From assembly GCA_040220235.1 (NCBI GenBank), contig JAVJTO010000021.1: 59,136 nt of DNA, one strand, 5' to 3'. Positions 52,206-59,136 of this stretch are shown in pieces. A program made the translations under genes and the position numbers. Each line of letters opens with the position of its first letter. The stretch's first letter is position 1. The notes below the pieces were generated by a model. That model made no database searches, had not been told where the DNA came from, and was given only the letters and a program-made list of their open reading frames with translations. The DNA comes from Coleofasciculus sp. B1-GNL1-01. GTDB taxonomy: Bacteria; Cyanobacteriota; Cyanobacteriia; Cyanobacteriales; Coleofasciculaceae.

Positions 52206-52455
52206 CTATTCATCAGGCTTAAGCAGTTGACCTAAATACAGTTCAACAAACATTTCAGCCGCATCTGGCCGCATCTGGATTGAGTTTCTTTAAGGCGGTG
52301 ACAATATCAGCGATCGTATCCCCTGTGGGATCGATTTGTTCATGATACCAGCGCCCTACATTAAAACGCCGCGTTTCCATCGCCACAGCTAATCGATTTT
52401 GAGTGATCTCGTAGGTTTCCAGAACCTGTTTCAGTGCTTTTCCTGCTTTTCCCAT
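52206..52455 (-). pseudogene. XRE-family HTH protein frameshifted by a 10-bp tandem duplication
   Basis: MGKAGKALKQVLETY.ITQNRLA...; CCGCATCTGG is duplicated (52259-52278); removing one copy restores ...NPDAAEMFVELYLGQLLKPDE*. Confidence 0.7.
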
Positions 52456-52513
52456 GCCCCTTATGGTGTCAGAGGCAAATAATTTCGTAAATGTCTCATT
52501 TTTGTATACATTG

Positions 52514-52582
52514 GTAGGGTGGGTTAGGCGGTACTCAATTTCAAAACATAGCCATTTAATTAGATATCCGCCGTAACCCACC
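52514..52582. repeat. REPIN element, second family (GTAGGGTGGGTTAGGCGG...CCGCCGTAACCCACC)
   Basis: Same family at 23724-23792 and 57465-57533. Confidence 0.8.
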
Positions 52583-52740
52583 AATCCTTCGGATCAAATA
52601 CTCGCTTAACCCTCTGAATTGAAAGCATGCACAAAGGATGCGATCGCGCGTTTACCCCAAGTAGAGACGCGCCATGGCGCGTCTCTACATTGACACATTG
52701 ACACCAATAACTAACGTGCGCCTGATTCACCTCAATTTCT

Positions 52741-53703
52741 TTAACAGCAACCGCCGCCAGTGTAATGCCAGGTGGAATCAGTAATCATGATATCCTTTGA
52801 CATCGCCAGGTTAGCGGCTGTTTTATCACACACCGACGCTGGAACACCTTTTTGCAGAACATGACCCGCGTTATCATCAAAAACGTCTTTATTTCCCTGA
52901 TAAATCGCCGTTTTTCCGGTAAAAATACAAGCGCCATCTTCCGGAATTGGCACTTTAAATGCCACAGAATCTAAACTTTCTAACAGCAAAGGTTCATCTA
53001 ACTGATAACTTTGACAATCCAACAACCGATAAGGACGCCGCGCCCGGATTTCCACTTGACCAAACCCAACATGAACCAGATGTTTAATATACTCGTTGTA
53101 AGTCAACGCCCCTGATAAACACATTGCCCGTAACCGTTCATCTTGGCGTAAATGATCAGGAATCGGACGGGTGGCGATGGGGTCACTCATAATCAAGCGT
53201 CCGCCAATTTTTAACACCCGATAGGCTTCTTGTAAGGCTTTCGTTAAATCTTCGGGTTCAAAGATATTAAATAGACAATTTTGAGCAACAACATCAACCG
53301 AAGCATCGGGTACAGGGAGATTAAAGGCATCGCCCTCCCGAATGTCAATAAAACTCGGATTAAACCAAGGATTATCTTGAGCAGCACTTTCTAAGTTACG
53401 AGTCGCTGCTTCCCGCATGGCTGGGACGGGATCAACGGCAATGATACGACCAGGACGCCGGGAAAAATAGGCAAATTGCAGGGCTTCTAAACCGCCACCC
53501 ACGCCTACATAAAGTACCGTTGGCTCGTTTATCAGTTCCGCCGGATGAACCGTTGTCCCACAACCATAGTTCATTTCTTGCATTTGCTGGGGAATTTTCA
53601 ATCCGGGGAGTTGCAGGGGAGAACTCTGCACACAACATAACCCCACTTCCGGGGTTTGGGCGACTTCACTGTAGAATTCTGCGGTTGTTTCTAGATACGT
53701 CAT
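52741..53703 (-). CDS. arsM: Arsenite methyltransferase of the arsenosugar pathway
   Basis: GLCC, MNYGCG, LYVGVGGG SAM motif, QNCLFN, RAMCLSGA, C-terminal GGGCC. Confidence 0.88.
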   Translation of the reverse strand: MTYLETTAEFYSEVAQTPEVGLCCVQSSPLQLPGLKIPQQMQEMNYGCGTTVHPAELINEPTVLYVGVGGGLEALQFAYFSRRPGRIIAVDPVPAMREAATRNLESAAQDNPWFNPSFIDIREGDAFNLPVPDASVDVVAQNCLFNIFEPEDLTKALQEAYRVLKIGGRLIMSDPIATRPIPDHLRQDERLRAMCLSGALTYNEYIKHLVHVGFGQVEIRARRPYRLLDCQSYQLDEPLLLESLDSVAFKVPIPEDGACIFTGKTAIYQGNKDVFDDNAGHVLQKGVPASVCDKTAANLAMSKDIMITDSTWHYTGGGCC

Positions 53704-53837
53704 AAGTGTTTGTTGTTTTTCATTGGTCTTATGTCATTGGTCATGGGTGACTCGATGACGATTTATGCTGTCAGCATTCTTTGTCTGAGGGTATTAAACT
53801 GGGGTTGAATTAGTTTTTGCTGAGAATCCGCTAAACT

Positions 53838-54498
53838 TTATGCTGTCGCCATAACTTCCTCGGTGTCGGGAAGAGGAGGACGCAGACACAGATAGACTAG
53901 CGAACCAATTAACGGTATTAGGGAAACTGCCCAAAATAGGGTGGGATTATTTAAGCCGCGTCGTGCCATATCATCACCCACCAGTGCCGGGAAAAGCAAG
54001 CACAATAGGCAAAAGTCCAAACTCATCACATGGATAAAACGACTGGTTTGCCACTGCTGGATAAAGTTTGCCCAATCACCGTTAAGTATACCAAAGCCTA
54101 AGAGTGCTACAGTGCCGAGGGTGAGAACAGCACCTAACCAACGGGAATCGAGAATACTCAAGAAGATATTTTTTGAACCGGGAAATTCGGGATTCGGTTG
54201 ACGTAAGGCGAGATAGGGGAGTAACGCAAACGCGCCTACACCAAAGGAGACGGTAGCAAAAAGCCACGCGGGAATTTTCTGTCCCCGTCCATCAATAAAC
54301 ACCAAGCAGGCGTATGCTAGCGGTAGTATGCCCATGATGTTGAATAGGGCAATAATTAGGGGATTAATCCCATCCCAGTTGCCTGTGGAAAGATTGGTAA
54401 TCAGGTCAAAGGTGTCGGGTTGCTGGGGAGGCGCAAACAGAAAGGCATAAGCGAGAAAGCTGACCCAGAGTATCCAAAAACCAAGTTGTCTGAGCATA
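53838..54498 (-). CDS. DUF2834-like membrane protein
   Basis: Six TM helices, GAFALLPYLALR, F.HVMSLDFC, DDM.RRG; ATG at 54498 is the likely start. Confidence 0.75.
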
Positions 54499-55181
54499 AG
54501 GTAATGATGTGAAGTGCGAGTCCACCGGGTATCTTGTGCATTATCACATAAATTCACTGGGGCGGTTGGCATTTTTGCGATCGCGCCCGGGCATTTTTTG
54601 CGGTAAAACGGTAATCATCGGTAATCACGACAACACCACCAGAGTCATGCTAACCAGGGAATTCACCGTGCGGCTGAAACTGCAATTATTGCTTTTATGG
54701 CAGAAAATTAAACTATTTGCCCAATACAGACAGGCGTTTTACCTGAAACTGATTTGGCTGGAGTTGCTTTGTTTTCCCAGCCGGGTGTTGGGTCAACGGA
54801 TCAGTTCGCGATCGCTACACTGGAAGTGATCATCCTCTCACTATTAAATTAGATACCCGGCTACTTCAAAGTCGAGATAAGCTGTCACGCATTTAAATTG
54901 GGAATGGGTAGCGAGAAAGATGATCGCATACCAAGGATATCGTCATTATTGACATTAAGGTTTAAATGTAAAACAGCTTATTGGTATAACCACGGATAAC
55001 TATGATATCGACAACTGATTTAAGGATTTAAGCTATAATAGCAAATCTAAGTCCGTCAACTTAACTAGATTACGTTCTGTCAAGAGTCATCAAACCCTTA
55101 CATAAACATCGCTTACTTGGCGCTTGGTGAGGATAACAAATGACAAATGACAAAGGACGAATGACGAATAACAAAGACCCG

Positions 55182-57338
55182 ATGTTGAATATTCCCTCCG
55201 TCCTAGCACAAGAGCTTTCCCTCTCCGCCAATCAGGTGGAAAATACCCTGTCTCTTTTAGCCGAGGGCGCTACGATTCCCTTTATTTCCCGCTATCGGAA
55301 AGAACGCACTGGTTCTCTAGATGAAACCCAAATTCGCGCGATCGCAGAACGCTACGCTTACCTGAGTGAACTCGAAGAACGCAAAGCCACGATTCTGGAG
55401 GCGATCGCGTCTCAAGGGAAATTGACAGATGAACTGAAGGCGAAAATAGAGTCCTGTTTCCAGAAAAATGAGTTAGAAGACCTTTACCTCCCCTATCGTC
55501 CCAAGCGCCGCACTAGAGCCACCGTTGCGCGGGAAAAAGGATTAGAACCTCTGGCTGAATGGATTAAATCCCTGAATACTCCCACCGCCAAACCTGTCTC
55601 CTTAGAAGCAGAAGCCGCCAATTATCTTGATGAAGAAAAGGGAGTTAAAACTGCTGCTGATGCACTGAAAGGAGCATCTGATATCCTCGCCGAAGAAGTT
55701 GCCGAAACTGCTGAATTTCGGGCTTACCTGCGCGACTATTTAATGAAAAATGGGCGATTTGTCTCCAAGATTAAAGACGATTATCCCGAAGGCAGTACCA
55801 AATATGAAATGTACCGCAACTTCCAAATTAAGGCAAAGGATATTGCGCCGCATAATATGCTGGCATTATTTCGCGGGGAAAGTGAGGGAATTTTAAGCCT
55901 GAATCTGGACTTTGATCAAGAGTTTGTTCAGTCGTATTTAGAATCAGAAACGATTCGCACGAAAATTCCAGAAGTGCGGCAGTTTTATCGGGATCTGCTG
56001 CATGATGGCTTTAACCGCTTAATGAAAAATTCCCTAATTACGGAAGTGCGGACAGATCGTAAGGCGTATGCTGATTTTGAATCGATTAAAACCTTTGAAG
56101 CTAATTTACGAGAACTCCTACTTTCTCCGCCAGCGGGAATGAAACCCACCTTAGCCATTGATCCGGGATTGCGAACCGGATGTAAAGTGGCGGTGTTAAA
56201 TGAAACGGGGAAGTTTATGGAATACCAAACTATTTTTCCCCATACCGGAAAACCCACCCAAGCGGCTACCACAGTCAAAAGCCTAATCGAAAAATACCAG
56301 ATCGAATTAATCGCGATCGGCAATGGTACAGCATCGCGGGAAACCGATGAGTTTGTCGGGGATGTGATTAAAACCCTAGATCGGAAACCGATTAGCGTGA
56401 TTGTAAATGAATCGGGTGCGTCTATCTATTCGGCGAGTGATGTAGCGCGAGAAGAATTTCCGGATCAAGATGTTACCGTGCGCGGGGCGATTAGTATTGG
56501 ACGCCGTTTACAAGATCCTTTGGCGGAATTGGTGAAAATTGATCCCAAATCCATTGGCGTGGGACAATACCAGCATGATGTGGATCAAAAGTTACTTAGA
56601 AAGAAGCTGGATGACACAGTAGAAAGTTGTGTGAACTATGTGGGTGTGGATCTGAATACAGCATCGAAAGAGTTATTAACCTTTGTGTCAGGTTTAACTC
56701 CAACCATTGCCAAAAATATCGTCACCTATCGCAATGAAAATGGCGCTTTTCCCAATCGCCGCCGTCTGCTGAAAGTCGCCAAATTAGGACCCAAAGCCTT
56801 TGAACAATCCGCCGGATTCCTGAGAATTCGCGGTGGCGATAACCCCCTAGACAATACCGCCGTGCATCCGGAAAGTTACCCCGTCGTGGAAGCCATGGCG
56901 AAAGATATTGGGGTTCCCTTGAAACAAATCCCTAAAGCCGCCGATCGGCTCAAATCTATTGATTTAAAGAAATATGTGACGGATACAGTTGGCTTACCCA
57001 CCCTGAAAGACATTATCCGGGAATTAGAAAAGCCGGGACGTGATCCGCGTGCTGAGTTTAAATATGCCACATTTAAGGAAGGCGTAAAGGAACTATCTGA
57101 CTTAAAAGAGGGAATGGAGTTAGAAGGAATTGTTACGAATGTGGCAAATTTTGGTGCATTTGTCGATATTGGCGTGCATCAGGATGGGTTGGTGCATATT
57201 TCCCAACTAGCGGATCGATTTGTGGAAGATCCCAAAGAAATTGTCAAAGTGGGACAAGTTGTAAATGTGCGGGTTCTTTCTGTGGATGAGAAGTTAAAGC
57301 GAATTGGCTTATCCATGCGTGCGGCGCAACAGAGGTAA
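55182..57338 (+). CDS. tex: Tex family RNA-binding transcription accessory protein
   Basis: EGATIPFISRYRKE.TG, EDLYLPY.PKRRT, IDPG.RTGCK, GRRLQDPLAELVK, C-terminal S1 domain; ATGs further upstream derive from STRR repeats. Confidence 0.93.
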   Translation: MLNIPSVLAQELSLSANQVENTLSLLAEGATIPFISRYRKERTGSLDETQIRAIAERYAYLSELEERKATILEAIASQGKLTDELKAKIESCFQKNELEDLYLPYRPKRRTRATVAREKGLEPLAEWIKSLNTPTAKPVSLEAEAANYLDEEKGVKTAADALKGASDILAEEVAETAEFRAYLRDYLMKNGRFVSKIKDDYPEGSTKYEMYRNFQIKAKDIAPHNMLALFRGESEGILSLNLDFDQEFVQSYLESETIRTKIPEVRQFYRDLLHDGFNRLMKNSLITEVRTDRKAYADFESIKTFEANLRELLLSPPAGMKPTLAIDPGLRTGCKVAVLNETGKFMEYQTIFPHTGKPTQAATTVKSLIEKYQIELIAIGNGTASRETDEFVGDVIKTLDRKPISVIVNESGASIYSASDVAREEFPDQDVTVRGAISIGRRLQDPLAELVKIDPKSIGVGQYQHDVDQKLLRKKLDDTVESCVNYVGVDLNTASKELLTFVSGLTPTIAKNIVTYRNENGAFPNRRRLLKVAKLGPKAFEQSAGFLRIRGGDNPLDNTAVHPESYPVVEAMAKDIGVPLKQIPKAADRLKSIDLKKYVTDTVGLPTLKDIIRELEKPGRDPRAEFKYATFKEGVKELSDLKEGMELEGIVTNVANFGAFVDIGVHQDGLVHISQLADRFVEDPKEIVKVGQVVNVRVLSVDEKLKRIGLSMRAAQQR

Positions 57339-57464
57339 TAGATTTTGCGATCGCGAACCGATATTAGGCGGTTGTAGACGCGGAGCGGCTTCCCGTAGGG
57401 TAACCGCAGCTACACTTGCCTTGCACCCGCCGGCGCGGGTTTCCTATCAAGTAGCCCATAGCCT

Positions 57465-57533
57465 GTAGGGTGGGTTAGGCGGATATTCCATTAGGGAAGT
57501 AACCGTTTAATGAGGTATCCGCCGTAACCCACC
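57465..57533. repeat. REPIN element, second family
   Basis: GTAGGGTGGGTTAGGCGG...CCGCCGTAACCCACC. Confidence 0.8.
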
Positions 57534-57545
57534 ATCGACTCTCAA

Positions 57546-57582
57546 GTTTCAATCCCGTTGCCGGGATTCATGATAAGGAAAC
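57546..57582 (-). CRISPR. Solitary 37-nt CRISPR-like repeat
   Basis: Minus strand GTTTCCTTATCATGAATCCCGGCAACGGGATTGAAAC: I-D-like 3' hairpin and ATTGAAAC end; no neighbouring repeat. Confidence 0.55.
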
Positions 57583-57660
57583 ATTCCACCGGAACATCTC
57601 TACGGCGGCGATCGCAGACAATCGTTATAATAGGGCAATCTGATCGCAGACGCAATTCCC

Positions 57661-58524
57661 ATGACTCAGAGCCTAGAACCCAATGTTCTACCTCCTCCGT
57701 TCCCGGATCATACCCAACTTCCTGAATCAGATGGCGAATTCGTGAAGAATTTTCAGGAGCATCCCCAAAGCCTTATTCTCACAGACTCCCTTGGACCCGT
57801 TCTAGAAAGAATTCATCCCGATGGACAATATGCCATTGGACAAGATTGTGGCATCTACTGGCGACAAACAGAACCCCCGGAAAAAGGAGCAGAAGCTCCC
57901 GATTGGTTTTATGTCCCCAATGTTCCCCCCAAAATAGACGGTCAAATTCGCCGTTCTTATGTAATTTGGCACGAATTTATTGCACCAATAATTGCTTTAG
58001 AATTTGCCAGTGGGGATGGTTCCGAAGAACGCGATCGCACGCCATTATCTCGCTCCTCCCAAGGACAAAAAACGAAACCGGGTAAGTTTTGGGTTTATGA
58101 GCAGATTCTCCGGATTCCTTACTATGGTATTTTTGAAATCAAGACGAACCAGTTAGAGGTTTATCACTTCGTTAATGGTTCCTACCGCCTGATGAACCCG
58201 AACCAACGAAACCATTATCCCATTGAACCTTTAGGTATAGAATTGGGATTACTCCAAGGAACCTATCAAAATCAAACTCAAATTTGGTTGCGCTGGTGGG
58301 ATAGTGAGGGTAATTTACTCCTAACTGGAAGTGAGAGAGCTGAACAAGAAAGACAACGGGCTGAACAAGAAAGACAACGGGCTGAACAAGCAGAAATTGC
58401 CCGAAGAGAAGCTATTCCCAAGTTATTCGCTATGGGATTAACCGCCAATCAAATAGCAGAAGTCTTAGGTTTACCGATTGAGGACATTAACTCCATGAGT
58501 AATCCCGCATTTCTCACAAACTAA
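57661..58524 (+). CDS. Uma2 family (DUF820) endonuclease
   Basis: PDHTQLPESDG.FVKNFQEHPQ, APDWFYVP, ALEFAS, KFWVYEQ, WLRWWD, RAEQERQ repeats. Confidence 0.9.
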   Translation: MTQSLEPNVLPPPFPDHTQLPESDGEFVKNFQEHPQSLILTDSLGPVLERIHPDGQYAIGQDCGIYWRQTEPPEKGAEAPDWFYVPNVPPKIDGQIRRSYVIWHEFIAPIIALEFASGDGSEERDRTPLSRSSQGQKTKPGKFWVYEQILRIPYYGIFEIKTNQLEVYHFVNGSYRLMNPNQRNHYPIEPLGIELGLLQGTYQNQTQIWLRWWDSEGNLLLTGSERAEQERQRAEQERQRAEQAEIARREAIPKLFAMGLTANQIAEVLGLPIEDINSMSNPAFLTN

Positions 58525-59136
58525 TTCTATAAGTCAATTTGCCGCTTAAAAGTTGAGCTTTTTAAAGAAGAATATAAAAATTCCAATTTATCAAACAAAA
58601 TTATTCTAAAATTGCCAATCCCTGCCTGTTTTTTCCACTAAAATTTAGTTGCTCGCGCCAAGTTTCTACGACAAAAACGACTGAAATAAGATTCAGTCAC
58701 CTCAAAAATAATTTAGTTGTTATGGAAGCCGAAAACTTAAGAAGTATTGGGAATAGCTTGAATTCTGGAATGAGCAATAGCTAAAATCTCTTGATAAGGA
58801 CAAGAACTGGATATAGCAATAACAATTCTTCTCACACTAACCATAATTATCGCTCCTAATTTAAGAAAATTGAGGCGAATTGTTCCGACAGTTGCTTTGG
58901 ACAAAAAAGTTTTATTCAAACCGTGATAACGAAATGCTTGCATTAAAACATACGCCATTGAAGATAGCCAGAGTCGAAGTTGATTACTTTGAAAAGTTTG
59001 GGTAGAAGTTCGGTCAGCAAATAAGTCTAATTGCTGTTCTTTAATCCGATTTTCCATTTCTCCTCTCGGACAATATTGTTTAGTATAAAGTTGAGAAGGC
59101 GTAATTTGAGAAGGAGGTAAAGATGTGACGACATGA
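58504..59136 (-). mobile_element. IS1380-family insertion sequence (one end; truncated by the window edge)
   Basis: Transposase C-terminus plus abrupt AT-rich shift; putative terminus CCCGCATTTCTCAC at about 58504. Confidence 0.7.
58737..59136 (-). CDS. IS1380 family transposase, C-terminal part
   Basis: Y..RGEMENRIKEQQLDLFADRTS...NQLRLW.S..AY.L...TIRL..LK.GA motif; the frame continues beyond the window. Confidence 0.88.
   Translation of the reverse strand, partial: HVVTSLPPSQITPSQLYTKQYCPRGEMENRIKEQQLDLFADRTSTQTFQSNQLRLWLSSMAYVLMQAFRYHGLNKTFLSKATVGTIRLNFLKLGAIIMVSVRRIVIAISSSCPYQEILAIAHSRIQAIPNTS

Noticed and set aside
52456..52584. N-terminal extension of the XRE ORF, and the similar ORF at 23725-23955
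   Set aside because: Both start inside the same REPIN family (xGYGG...RLTHPT).
54509..54829. 106-aa plus-strand ORF
   Set aside because: No recognisable motif, overlaps the upstream region of the DUF2834-like gene, no RBS; cannot be supported.

Overview
59-kb window of a filamentous cyanobacterial chromosome. Evidence: frequent HIP1 GCGATCGC sites, STRR heptamer repeats, ycf54, pdxJ and the folD-crtE-DUF212 block; the organism may be Coleofasciculus/Microcoleus-like, but this is not proven. Left to right it holds two tandem TIR-TM-WD40 genes with DUF928, housekeeping genes (S2P protease, cbiJ, manC/pgm fusion, LexA-boxed ssb, STAS, radical SAM), a divergent stand-alone SufS, and a repeat-rich accessory zone. 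Next come a terpene-synthase plus two Family 2B encapsulin (cNMP-domain) genes, more housekeeping genes, an arsenic island (arsM ... arsR-pstS-gapdh-arsJ-acr3-arsC-arsC ... arsS), tex, a Uma2 endonuclease and the end of an IS1380. Highlights: (1) a protein-less IscB-type omegaRNA (HEARO) element that appears inserted exactly at the ATGA start of the second encapsulin gene, displacing the native RBS and supplying its own; (2) a non-canonical geosmin-synthase-like enzyme whose C-terminal tail carries a 4 x 35-aa array of the PTGLGTS encapsulin cargo-loading motif; (3) two solitary CRISPR repeats, one with a leader-like region; (4) GTAG-type REP/REPIN elements translated in frame inside at least four genes. 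All calls come from reading the sequence; no searches were run.
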